Of a DNA stretch of 64,000 nucleotides, positions 45,312 through 54,502 are shown in pieces. The notes beneath the pieces were generated by a model that did not search any database, had not been told where the DNA came from, and worked only from the letters and a program-made list of their open reading frames with translations. The position numbers and the translations under genes are program-made. The stretch is taken from the IMG/VR virus record IMGVR_UViG_3300037047_000246; one strand, written 5' to 3'. How positions within the stretch are numbered: position 1 is the stretch's first letter; each line of letters begins with the position of its first letter. The stretch comes from a virus (Duplodnaviria > Caudoviricetes).

Positions 45312-45360
45312 AGCCGGGCGAAGGCCGAGCCCGCTCGCGCGTACCGAGGGGTGGAGGAAC
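45308..45360 (+). promoter_or_regulatory. bipartite promoter-like element
   Basis: CTGAAG-N26-CGTACCG...GGAGG. Confidence 0.7.
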
Positions 45361-45366
45361 CTGGCG

Positions 45367-45558
45367 ATGCCCGAAGATCTCAACTACATCTGCGTGGACC
45401 GGTGCGACTGCTGCGGCTGCAGGCGAGTGGGCACGATGCTGCACCACTTGGGAACGCCGGTGCTGTTCCTGTGCGCCTCTTCCGAGTGCGGCGGCCGGGC
45501 AGTGTTCGAGGCGACAGCCCGGAGAGACATCGACCGGTGGCTCCAGGAGGCGGCCTGA
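45367..45558 (+). CDS. small Cys-rich protein
   Basis: CDCCGC; SD. Confidence 0.7.
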   Translation: MPEDLNYICVDRCDCCGCRRVGTMLHHLGTPVLFLCASSECGGRAVFEATARRDIDRWLQEAA

Positions 45559-45605
45559 TGCAAGCTGGCGTTTTGGACGGTTTCACTCTTGCTGGAGGTG
45601 ATTGC

Positions 45606-45833
45606 ATGGCTCCGAAGTTCGAGCACGATTGCGACGAAGGCTGCCGGTTCCTGGGGCATCTGGCAGGCGTGGACCACTGGGTGCACGCCGAGAGCGATCC
45701 GGCCGGCTGCGAGCTCATCCAGCGCCGGAGCGACCAGCCGGCCGACTACTCCGCCTGGCCTCTGCAGGACGTCCCTTTGCTGCCCGCGCCCGCGCGCCAG
45801 CGCTGGGCGCTCACCCTGGCCTTGCTGGGCTGA
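45606..45833 (+). CDS. small phage protein (PKFEHDCDEGCRFLG)
   Basis: GGAGGTGA SD. Confidence 0.7.
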   Translation: MAPKFEHDCDEGCRFLGHLAGVDHWVHAESDPAGCELIQRRSDQPADYSAWPLQDVPLLPAPARQRWALTLALLG

Positions 45834-45917
45834 GGTCCGCGTAGAGCTTTTGGAGCCCGCCCTGCTGCTCGGGGCGGGCCTTGGAATCGCAACCTTTCTG
45901 CTGTGGAGGTGACGGAC

Positions 45918-46280
45918 ATGTCGAATCCGAGTCTTACCAAGAAGATTGCCGGCGATCTGGCGAACAAGTACGGAGTGCCGATCGAGGCCGTGCTGCACGC
46001 GATGACGGCTGGACGTGGCTTGGCAATCGAGGAGTTGCGCGAAGGTCAACGACTGGCCGAATTCAGCGATCCGCAGCTGGCTTGCGCCGTACTGGCCGCT
46101 GTGCCGCGGGTGCGGCTGGTGGCTGGTCTTCGAGGCCTGGAGCTGCGGCCCGAGCGGCTGCTGGACGACCAGGGCATGGCCGAGCTGCAGTCGCTGGTGG
46201 CCATAGCTGAGCGCGCGGCTCGAGCCATGATGCCTCCCGAGGCAGAAGGCGCTCCGAGCGCGTACCAGGAGGGGCCTTAG
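45918..46280 (+). CDS. hypothetical protein
   Basis: GGAGGTGA SD. Confidence 0.75.
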   Translation: MSNPSLTKKIAGDLANKYGVPIEAVLHAMTAGRGLAIEELREGQRLAEFSDPQLACAVLAAVPRVRLVAGLRGLELRPERLLDDQGMAELQSLVAIAERAARAMMPPEAEGAPSAYQEGP

Positions 46281-46328
46281 CCGCAAGTGCCGGCAGTTTT
46301 AAATATGGCACAGATGTGAGCAAAATCT

Positions 46329-46730
46329 ATGTCAAATATTCGGCAAATGCGTTTGGGCACTGGAAGCCGGCTGAACTGCGCGCCGAAAGGCCGCAGCGCG
46401 GCTCTCGACAAATTCGACCGAGACTGGAAGGCGCAGCTGTACGGCAGAACAGACGCGCTGTGGCAGCTGCGCTGCAGGCAGGACGTCCTTGTGGCTCGCC
46501 TGCGCGACGCGCTGCGGCAGCTTGACCTGGAGGTAAAGATGAAGACGTGGAAAGTGTGCATGGTGGATGAGTCTGGTTGCCCGACGTCTCAAAAGCTGCA
46601 AGCATCAAGCCGGGACCAGGCGTGCGCCCTGGTGCTCGAGGGGCTGCGGCAGCAGGGCCTGCAAGCGGCAGTGCAGGTGCTGTGGGCCGAAGAAGTGCTG
46701 CCCGAGGACAGTTCGGACACTGACGTTTGA
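46329..46730 (+). CDS. hypothetical (possibly two fused genes)
   Basis: internal GGAGG-ATG at MKTWKV. Confidence 0.55.
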   Translation: MSNIRQMRLGTGSRLNCAPKGRSAALDKFDRDWKAQLYGRTDALWQLRCRQDVLVARLRDALRQLDLEVKMKTWKVCMVDESGCPTSQKLQASSRDQACALVLEGLRQQGLQAAVQVLWAEEVLPEDSSDTDV

Positions 46731-46748
46731 ACCTGAAAGGAAGGCGAC

Positions 46749-47066
46749 ATGCTGAAGCCAGGTCAAAGAGTGTCGCACGACGGCCGAGGACTAGGCCGAG
46801 TGCTGGCAATCCGCCCGCTGCAGCCGAGCTGCGCCTGCCAGCTGGGCCGAGCCCTCGACTCCGGAGAGCCTGGCTTCGGCGCGCTGGCCTGCGCAGCCGT
46901 CTACGGGCCGGACAGGTACCCATACCTCGTTCGGTTCGATTGCGGCTACGAAGACGTGTACGCGCAGTCCGACCTGACCGAGGTCGCGGACTGCGCCGTC
47001 CTGCCCCGGGAAGGGCCTTCGGAGCCCGCCATCGAACAAGGTGGGGCTCGAGGTCGTCCGACCTAG
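46749..47066 (+). CDS. hypothetical, SH3-like
   Basis: MLKPGQRVSH..YPYLVRFDCG. Confidence 0.65.
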   Translation: MLKPGQRVSHDGRGLGRVLAIRPLQPSCACQLGRALDSGEPGFGALACAAVYGPDRYPYLVRFDCGYEDVYAQSDLTEVADCAVLPREGPSEPAIEQGGARGRPT

Positions 47067-47361
47067 GCCAAGGCGCAGGGAAGGCCAAGCTCGCTCAAGC
47101 GGCAGGCCAGTCCAGTCCAGGGGGCAGGACTGGGGCAGGTTTCCAAACCCCATGGCATATGCTCGCCAAAGGTATGTACCCTATTCGGCAAAGGAGCAGG
47201 GATTCGGTTCGAACCATGCCGTACCTTTGAACACCCTACCCTACTCCCTTTGAAGATGCGCGGCAGGAGTTCTGCCTTAGGGGCAGTATGCCAGACCAGG
47301 AGCCAGCAGCCCGACATAGTGCCTTGGGATAGTCTGCAAGTGTGTGGCATGGATAGAGCCA

Positions 47362-47958
47362 CTACTGCACATGCCTTGCGCCGGGATTATCTATAGGCAC
47401 CCAAGGCGCGCGGGGCTCGGTCCAAGGGTATGTGCCCGTTGGCCTGGGGCGCCTATCTCCGTCCAGACCTACCCGTGTCCAGTGGTCGCGAATGCTGCGG
47501 CATACTTGCAAGAATACTGGCACATCTGCCAAGCGCCACTGCTGCGCAGTTTTGAAACCCATCTCGCCCCCTCCGTCGCGAGAAGAGCAGTTGCGAACGG
47601 CCAGCGCCTGGAAATCTACCGAGACCCCTGCCAGATGCTCGAAGAGTCTGCCGGTATACTTCCAAACCCTGCTCTGGTGCCCTTCAGGCATAGCTGCCAG
47701 CAGCTCGGACCATCCCTGGCAGGCAGCAAGGCACACCCCCAGCTGCAGTTCGAGGGGCAGGCGCCAGTACTGCTCTGCGTAGGGCCTGCCTCGAAGCAAG
47801 TCCTCGGCTACGTTTCGGACCAGAGTTCGGTCCGCTTTGAGCAGGATCTGGCAGGGGATCCAGCGGTCCCTGCACCGGATCAGGTGCACAGAAGCTGAGG
47901 GCTTGTAGCGCCTGTAGTTCGACAGCGCTCTGTCTAGCACGGCGGATTTGCAAATCAT
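47362..47958 (-). CDS. hypothetical of atypical composition
   Basis: longest ORF in a lower-GC zone. Confidence 0.5.
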   Translation of the reverse strand: MICKSAVLDRALSNYRRYKPSASVHLIRCRDRWIPCQILLKADRTLVRNVAEDLLRGRPYAEQYWRLPLELQLGVCLAACQGWSELLAAMPEGHQSRVWKYTGRLFEHLAGVSVDFQALAVRNCSSRDGGGEMGFKTAQQWRLADVPVFLQVCRSIRDHWTRVGLDGDRRPRPTGTYPWTEPRAPWVPIDNPGARHVQ

Positions 47959-48090
47959 GGAGGTCTGGGTGTCCTTTCAGGTAGGCCGGTGGGCACTTCT
48001 CGCCAAACGTCGGATACGACTTTGGGCGGACGCCCGCCAGGGGACGTCCGCCCAAAGAGAGGGGAGGGGCCTTGCGGCCCCTCCCGCGGG

Positions 48091-48567
48091 TCACTTCACC
48101 GAGAACATCTGGGCCGTGACGGCCAGTTCGGGATTCTCGGCCATGGCCCAGGTCCTGAGGCAGACGCTCGTCTGCTTGGCGTAGCGGCCGCCGATGTGCT
48201 GCAAGAAGGCCTCATGGCCCGTGAACTTCTGGCCATCGCAGCGGTACTCCAGGGCCTCGTCAGGGGAGGCGCCCAGGATGAGGGATTGGATCAGCTTGCT
48301 GGCCGAGGCGGCGTGCGAGCTCATCAGGCCACGCTTGTTCTTCTCGATGGTCTCCCGCTTGGCCTGCTCCGCGTCGGTCTGCAGGTGGAACATCGTGACC
48401 GCCACCAGGGTGCGCAGGTCCGGGTCGTTCTCCAGCCGGGCACGCACCGCCTTTTCCCCCACGAAGGGGTAGACCCTGGCGTCGCGAGAGACCACGGGCG
48501 GGACCGCCTCGGCGAGGCGCTGCAGGCAGGTGTCCAGAGAGGTGAGCTCGGTGATGTTGATCGTCAT
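48091..48567 (-). CDS. hypothetical protein
   Basis: AAGGAG SD; GC3-rich codons. Confidence 0.8.
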   Translation of the reverse strand: MTINITELTSLDTCLQRLAEAVPPVVSRDARVYPFVGEKAVRARLENDPDLRTLVAVTMFHLQTDAEQAKRETIEKNKRGLMSSHAASASKLIQSLILGASPDEALEYRCDGQKFTGHEAFLQHIGGRYAKQTSVCLRTWAMAENPELAVTAQMFSVK

Positions 48568-48765
48568 TGGCTGGCTCCTTTGGGGCTCGCGGCCCCGTTG
48601 CAGTTGCGCGGTCGCCCGCGCCTTCGTTACTCGCGGCCAGGCGCGATCGCCGAGCGGCCGCCGGTCCCGCGCGATCGTCGCGCCGTCCCGCACCACCTGA
48701 TACGCGCGCAGCCGCACAGCCGCCGGGAATCCGTAAATCGGACAGGGCGGCATGGCCCCAGGGCG

Positions 48766-48815
48766 GCGTACCCATCCCGGATTTACGGGGCCCCGTAAAT
48801 CCGGGATGGGTACGC
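48766..48815. repeat. 50-bp perfect loop-less palindrome
   Basis: GCGTACCCATCCCGGATTTACGGGG|CCCCGTAAATCCGGGATGGGTACGC. Confidence 0.97.
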
Positions 48816-49029
48816 ATATACGTATAGGGAGGGATTATACGGTATGTATATGTAGTATAATATCCTACCCAGTAAATATGGGAGGGCGGCGAGTATCTCT
48901 TTTGGGGTGGGGAACCGGATGCACACTTTGTAAATCCGGGGACCCGCGGAAATAGGGTCGTTCGATATGCGCGACGACGATCCCGCGAAGAAGTTCAAAT
49001 AGACTGACAGTTTGTTCAGTTATATCCAG

Positions 49030-49074
49030 TCCGGATCAGTCATATCCGGATCAGTCATATCCGGCTCAGTCATA
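49030..49074. repeat. 3 x 15-bp tandem repeat
   Basis: TCCGGATCAGTCATA x2 + TCCGGCTCAGTCATA. Confidence 0.9.
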
Positions 49075-49109
49075 CCCAATCATGATAGCATGCCGGCTCC
49101 GGAAGGCTG

Positions 49110-49400
49110 TCATGACTGCGACGGCGAACCGGCGGACGGTGTTTCTGGCGTTTTCGCGGGCTCGACGTCGCCTGCGTTCGCATCTTCCGCGACGATGCCG
49201 ATCACCTCGGGCTGGCCGACCATGCGGACGAACGACGGCAGCCGGCACATGTTCTCTTCCACCAGCCGCTTGGCCTCGCGGCCCGCTTGGTCGAACAGCT
49301 GGTGGAGCGTGCAGTCTTTGCCCCACCGGCCGGCCGTCACTTCGACCGTCAGCCGCACCCGTGCGGTGCCGACAATCTTCTTATCATCATTCAGTTTCAT
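49110..49400 (-). CDS. hypothetical phage protein
   Basis: MKLNDDKKIVGTARVRLTVEV..W..DCT. Confidence 0.7.
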   Translation of the reverse strand: MKLNDDKKIVGTARVRLTVEVTAGRWGKDCTLHQLFDQAGREAKRLVEENMCRLPSFVRMVGQPEVIGIVAEDANAGDVEPAKTPETPSAGSPSQS

Positions 49401-49476
49401 GATCCGCCTTTCTGGTGGAGCGCCACCAGTCGAGTGCCGTTTGGCAGGCTGTAGAGCCGTCGGCTTTTTCCCTTCA

Positions 49477-49869
49477 TCATCGCCTTCCTTCGGGTAGCTG
49501 CGGCGGTGGGGGAGGGCCGTGCGGCATCTTCTCCCGCCAGGCCAGCCAGCGCAGGTATTCCTTGTCGTGCCCACCTTCGTTCTTCAGGTAGTCCTCGGCC
49601 GAGAACCAGTTGATATGTCGGGCCAGCCCGTGCGGATCTTCGTCGCCGTCGTAGATGACCTGCGCGACGGACCGCATCCAGCGCGCGATCGAGTACACCA
49701 TCGCCCTGTCGGGCCCGTGCAGGCAGCTGTATTCGATGGTGATTTTGCGCCCGCGCCGCTTTTCCGGAGGGCCCGCCCACTGGGACCATCTCCAGCTTTG
49801 CCCTGTCGCGCGAATCATCGCGTCGCGCAGCTTCGCAGACCGCGCCGCCACTTCCAAACAAGAGCTCAT
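49477..49869 (-). CDS. hypothetical protein
   Basis: ORF track; plausible codon use. Confidence 0.65.
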   Translation of the reverse strand: MSSCLEVAARSAKLRDAMIRATGQSWRWSQWAGPPEKRRGRKITIEYSCLHGPDRAMVYSIARWMRSVAQVIYDGDEDPHGLARHINWFSAEDYLKNEGGHDKEYLRWLAWREKMPHGPPPPPQLPEGRR

Positions 49870-49974
49870 GCCTTGGTTTACACCAGGGATCCCCAGATTT
49901 TCGCTCGCTGTGAGGCTTGTGATTGAGAGGGGCATGGACAAGCTGCAGCGCATCGCGGGTGGCCGAATGACCCG

Positions 49975-50490
49975 TCAGCTCTCCATCGTCTCCCACACCA
50001 GCCATTCGGCTGCTATCTCTTCCGCTCGCTCGCCTCGGATCTCCGCGAAAACTTCTTTTGAAGACGGCCACAGCGATCCTGGCAGGCTTTCGGGTCCCCA
50101 GCCGAGGTCCTCGGGTGGGACGGCGCACAGCCCGGCGCGCAGGACGATCTCGGCCCCGATGCGCGGCCCGCCCAGCGACAGCACCCCCTCGGACGCGACC
50201 AGCGCCCGAAAGTCGCACGGGCCGCAGAATTCCGCCAGCCGCGCGAGCTTTTCGGCCAGCTGCCGCCTGACGGACGAGCGCAGCTCTTGCAGCATCTGGT
50301 CGATGGACTGGAACCGGCAGTTCGGATCGAACTTGGTCTTGGACGCGCCGGATCGCACTTCGATCAGGTCCAGCATGAACCGGCGCCCAAAGGCGAGCGG
50401 AATGCGCGGCCCTGCAGGCCCAAGGGCCGCGATGGCGTCGTCCACTGTCGGCAGCGCCCCGCCCAAGTTCTCCGGCAAAACCCTCAGCAT
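49975..50490 (-). CDS. hypothetical, tag (..EWLVWETMES)
   Basis: tag; 3' end homologous to 54503-54600. Confidence 0.75.
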   Translation of the reverse strand: MLRVLPENLGGALPTVDDAIAALGPAGPRIPLAFGRRFMLDLIEVRSGASKTKFDPNCRFQSIDQMLQELRSSVRRQLAEKLARLAEFCGPCDFRALVASEGVLSLGGPRIGAEIVLRAGLCAVPPEDLGWGPESLPGSLWPSSKEVFAEIRGERAEEIAAEWLVWETMES

Positions 50491-50971
50491 CGCTCACGGC
50501 CCGCGCAAGATTTTCTTTCAACGCGGCGATTCAACCGCGCAGGCAGACGCATTTTACAGCTTTTGACTGCGCATTTCTGCGTCGTAGGCAGGCCTATGCG
50601 CCTACGACGAGCTCGGCTGGAACGACTGGACGCCCGCCTCCGATTTCGGCGACGTCGAGCGCAAAATCCGCGAGATGTGCGGGAACGGCCGGCTCATCGG
50701 GAACGCCGACGCGTACGCCGACGAGGCGCGCGAAAACTGGGAGGACTACAAGCACATCTGGGAGAAGCACTACCTGAAGGGCAACGCCGACGAGCCGTTC
50801 ACTCCCGAGGAGAGCGCAGAGGTTGACCAACTCGTGAATCAGCAGCGGCAGCAGCGGCCCTAGCTCTCCATCACGCACCACACGGCGCGTTCCTTCGGCC
50901 CCAGCACTCGCACCCCGCGACAATCCCGCGTTCAACGAGACGTTCGCAAAGGAGCTGGCATGACCGGCCTG

Positions 50972-51673
50972 CTACGAGTCGCCGTCGCCCAAAGTGCCCC
51001 GAGGCTCTTCGGGGCAATGCGCCTGCAGCCGCGGCGGCGCCTTTTGGGCTTTGTCGGCCAGAGACCGCATTCCCTCGGCCATCGCGCACGCAGAGACGAA
51101 AGCGTCGATCTCCGTCTTCGCAGCATTCGCCATTCTCTGGGCGGCTTGTCGAAATTGGTCCAGCATGAACGGCATGTCTTCTTTCACTGACCTGATCATC
51201 CTGTCGAGCCTCTTCAAAATTTTTTCTCTGTCATGCTTGCCCAAACTCTTCTTTGACTCGAACGCCGCCGCAATCTCGCCGCGGGCCGCCTCCATCTCTG
51301 CAGCCAGCGATTTCGCGTCGCTTTCGAACCCTGCCTGCACGAGCTGCTGCTCGGTGGGCTCGTCCGGGCATGGCTCCACCGGCTGGCCTCCGAGGCGCAC
51401 GACGGTGCACGGCACGCCTTGCCCTATGTTCATGGTCGTGATGAGCTCGGCGAACTGCGCCGCCGACAAGTTTGCTTCGACTATGTCGCCGTCTTGCCCA
51501 AAAAACCCGTCCTCACCCAGCCTGTGCGTCCGCTCAGCCCTGCCCAGCCGCAGGCGCACAAAGTTTTGGTGATCTGTCAGCGGCGATCCGAACAGCTTTC
51601 CGGGATTCCCGGAGATTCGGGAGAACGACACCATTGCGTGCGACCTGTGCTGCGCCTTGAATTTTTCGTCCAT
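50972..51673 (-). CDS. conserved phage hypothetical protein
   Basis: MVSFSRISG..LFGS..SAAQFAELITTMNIGQGVPCT, a pattern I recall from phage hypothetical proteins. Confidence 0.8.
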   Translation of the reverse strand: MDEKFKAQHRSHAMVSFSRISGNPGKLFGSPLTDHQNFVRLRLGRAERTHRLGEDGFFGQDGDIVEANLSAAQFAELITTMNIGQGVPCTVVRLGGQPVEPCPDEPTEQQLVQAGFESDAKSLAAEMEAARGEIAAAFESKKSLGKHDREKILKRLDRMIRSVKEDMPFMLDQFRQAAQRMANAAKTEIDAFVSACAMAEGMRSLADKAQKAPPRLQAHCPEEPRGTLGDGDS

Positions 51674-51827
51674 GCCCGCATGTTACAGGCGAAGCCTTTT
51701 TGTAGAGAGGGCCTTTCTCCTGGGGCTTCGCTTTCGGGTCCCTGCTGCATGCCTCCCGAAAGCGAAGCCCGCTCCGCCTGTAGTTTGCTTGCCGGCATTT
51801 CGCTCCGGCGGCAAGGACTGTTTTGAC

Positions 51828-52121
51828 ATGATCGTTCGCAAACCCGGGCAGCCGAAGGCAGATCTTTCCGAGGAGACCACGGCCGAAGTCTTGAAGAAAG
51901 CCAAAGCCCTCATCCGCACCGACTGGGGAGGGCAGAACCCCGATCAGGCCATCTTCCGCAAGCTTCTGGCCGCTGGGATGGAAGCCTCCCCTCAGCTCGT
52001 GGCTGCTTGTTTGGCCATCGCCGAGCAGCAAGTGGCCGGGTGCCGCAGACGCACTTCCAGGCGCTTGAACGAAGCCATCCGCCGCCTGGAGACCGGCCCG
52101 GCCGCCAAAAAGGCGCCCTGA
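51828..52121 (+). CDS. hypothetical protein
   Basis: AAGGA SD; start uncertain. Confidence 0.55.
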   Translation: MIVRKPGQPKADLSEETTAEVLKKAKALIRTDWGGQNPDQAIFRKLLAAGMEASPQLVAACLAIAEQQVAGCRRRTSRRLNEAIRRLETGPAAKKAP

Positions 52122-52171
52122 CCCCGCCCGGACGCGCCGTAAATCTGCGCCGCAAGCGAGTACGCTCTGGC

Positions 52172-54208
52172 ATGAAACTTCATGCTCTGCTTGTGTGCCT
52201 GTCGGCAATCGTTGCCTGCGGAGGGCCGCCTGAAACTGCTGCGGAGAGCCTCGCTGGCGCCTCCGGCGAGTCGGGAGCTTCCGGCGCGGCCGGCGCGCCT
52301 GTCTCCGCTGGCGCTGCCGGCGAATCCAGCTTCGCCGGATCCGCTGGCGCCTCCGGCGAAGCTGGATCGTCGGGCGCAACTGGCGCATCTGGAGCTGCCG
52401 GAGAATCTGGCGCATCTGGAGCTGCCGGAGAATCTGGCGCATCTGGCGCATCGGGCGCGGCCGGAGAATCTGGGTCATCTGGCGCCGCTGGGGCGCCTGC
52501 TGGAGGCGCAGCCGGCGCTGGAGGAGCGGCGACCGAGTGCGCGCCGGGAGCCAAAAACTGCGTGGGGCTGACGCTGCTCGAATGCAACCCGATGGGCTTT
52601 TGGATCCAAAAGCAGCAGTGCCAATATGTCTGCCAATCCGGCAGCTGCGCAGGAGAATGCGTGCCCGGCGCCAGCCAATGTGCCGGGCTTGTGCCGCAGC
52701 ACTGCGACCAATCTGCCGCTTGGCAGCCGTCTCCCGCCTGCCCCTTTGTGTGCCAAAGCGGCGCCTGCGCCGGCGTCTGCGTCCCGGGAGCCCAAGAGTG
52801 CGCAGGCGCTGCGCCTCGCACATGCTCTGCGGCCGGCCAATGGCAGGTAGCCGCGGACTGCCCCTTTGTGTGCCAAAGCGGCGCCTGCGCCGGCGTCTGC
52901 GCTCCAGGCGACTCCAGGTGCTTCGGCGCAGACGTCCAGTCCTGCCATTCGGACGGGCAGTGGCACGTCGAGCAGACTTGCCAGTTCGTCTGCGTCGGCG
53001 GCGCGTGCGCCGGCGCCTGCGTCCCCGGGCAGATGCGATGCTCCGGATCGGCGCTGCAGCAGTGCTCCGCACTCGGCCAGTGGGTCGACGCTGTCGTTTG
53101 CCCGTACGCGTGCCACGAGCTGTCGTGCGCTGGCGTCTGCGTCCCTGGCCAGAAGCAGTGCTCCGGCGCAACTGTCCAGCAGTGCAGCCTGGCCGGGCAG
53201 TGGGCGGACCTGCAAGCCTGCCCGTCCGGCCCCGGCGCCGAGGCCGCGTGCTCGGAAGGCGCCTGCTCGCTTGCGTGCCTGGCTGGCCGGGGCGACTGCA
53301 ACGGCGACATCTCTGACGGCTGCGAGGCCAGCTTGACTGCAAACGACCCCGCCAACTGCGGCGCGTGTGGCCGCGCGTGCGCCAGCGCTGCAGTGTGCAT
53401 CATCGGCAGGTGCGCTCAAACGCTGGCCGTGGAGAGCAGCTCTGTGCTGGACATCAAGATCGATGCGGCGTTCGTCTATTATTCGGTGGAAGGCAAAGTC
53501 ATGAAAGTCGCCAAGAGCGGCGGCACCCCCGTTGCGCTGGCTGCAGGCACGACGGTGACAAATCTGGCTGTCAACAGCTCGCACGTGTTCTGGGTGGACG
53601 GCGGCAACTACGTGCGCAGGGTGAGCAAGAGCGGCGGCGCAACAGACGTGTTGTCCAGCGCAGCCAACATGGCTCAGCAGGTGGTGGCGGACTCGTCTTA
53701 CGTCTACTTTTCCAGCTACGGCTTGATCGCAATCCGCAAAATCCCTGTCGGCGGTGGCGCCGCGACGACGGTGTGCGCGGGGTCCCCGAAGCGCATGGCC
53801 TTGGACTCGGTGCAGGGCGCCGTGCTGTGGACCAATTTCGACTCCGTTCGCGGATGCTCGACGTCAGCGCCGCACTCGTGGGTGGTGGCGTCAGGGCAAA
53901 ACGGCCCGTCAGGCATAGCGATCGACAAAGCGTCAGCCGCCTACTGGACCAACGCGGGCCCTGGCCTGAAGGCCGTGATGGGTCCTGGCGCGGTCGCGAT
54001 TGCTGTCGATGCCGCCTTTGGGCCGATCGCGGTCGACGACAGCCGCGCGTATTGGTACAACTATGTCGAAAGCAAGATCAAGCGCGTATCCAAATATGGC
54101 GGCGCGGTGGAAACTGTGGCATCGTCCGTTGTGGCAAGTGCGATTGCTGTCGACGACGAGTCTGTCTACCACGCGGCGCACAACATCTTGGCAAAGACAG
54201 ACAAATGA
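52172..54208 (+). CDS. myxobacterial-type Cys-rich surface lipoprotein with C-terminal beta-propeller
   Basis: signal peptide with IVA-C16 lipobox, G/A/S/E linker, six ~40-aa 6-Cys repeats, DCNGDISDGCE..NCGACG, propeller repeats (IAVDD..VYW). Confidence 0.88.
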   Translation: MKLHALLVCLSAIVACGGPPETAAESLAGASGESGASGAAGAPVSAGAAGESSFAGSAGASGEAGSSGATGASGAAGESGASGAAGESGASGASGAAGESGSSGAAGAPAGGAAGAGGAATECAPGAKNCVGLTLLECNPMGFWIQKQQCQYVCQSGSCAGECVPGASQCAGLVPQHCDQSAAWQPSPACPFVCQSGACAGVCVPGAQECAGAAPRTCSAAGQWQVAADCPFVCQSGACAGVCAPGDSRCFGADVQSCHSDGQWHVEQTCQFVCVGGACAGACVPGQMRCSGSALQQCSALGQWVDAVVCPYACHELSCAGVCVPGQKQCSGATVQQCSLAGQWADLQACPSGPGAEAACSEGACSLACLAGRGDCNGDISDGCEASLTANDPANCGACGRACASAAVCIIGRCAQTLAVESSSVLDIKIDAAFVYYSVEGKVMKVAKSGGTPVALAAGTTVTNLAVNSSHVFWVDGGNYVRRVSKSGGATDVLSSAANMAQQVVADSSYVYFSSYGLIAIRKIPVGGGAATTVCAGSPKRMALDSVQGAVLWTNFDSVRGCSTSAPHSWVVASGQNGPSGIAIDKASAAYWTNAGPGLKAVMGPGAVAIAVDAAFGPIAVDDSRAYWYNYVESKIKRVSKYGGAVETVASSVVASAIAVDDESVYHAAHNILAKTDK

Positions 54209-54262
54209 GTCCCGAGGCTTTTTGGCGGCTGGCAGTGAAGCTTTGATTGCGCAAGCTCCTGC

Positions 54263-54499
54263 ATGGACAAGTTGCAGCGCATCGCCGCTCGCGTGGCTGG
54301 ATCGGAGCAAGACCAAGCTGACAGGGACGCTGAGGCAGAGGTGCTGGACGCAATGGCCGCAGGAGACAGCTGCGTCCAGAGCGTTTATCTGCAGCTCAAG
54401 CGCAGCGGGCTTTGGGAAGCGCAGCGCGGCTTGCCTTGGTTCCTGGCGTGGCTGGAGAGCCGAGGCTTTTCGCTGGCAGGCTCCGAGATCCGCCTATAG
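54263..54499 (+). CDS. small protein MDKLQRIAARVAG..
   Basis: no SD; AAGCTTTGATT upstream. Confidence 0.65.
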   Translation: MDKLQRIAARVAGSEQDQADRDAEAEVLDAMAAGDSCVQSVYLQLKRSGLWEAQRGLPWFLAWLESRGFSLAGSEIRL

Positions 54500-54502
54500 G
54501 CT

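Noticed and set aside
52240-52520. G/A/S/E DNA repeats and the QGQPG repeats at about 24300-24390
   Set aside because: Ordinary low-complexity protein linkers within the lipoprotein and vWA genes.
51534-53403. Long minus-strand ORFs opposite the lipoprotein
   Set aside because: Shadows of the low-complexity and Cys-repeat coding strand.
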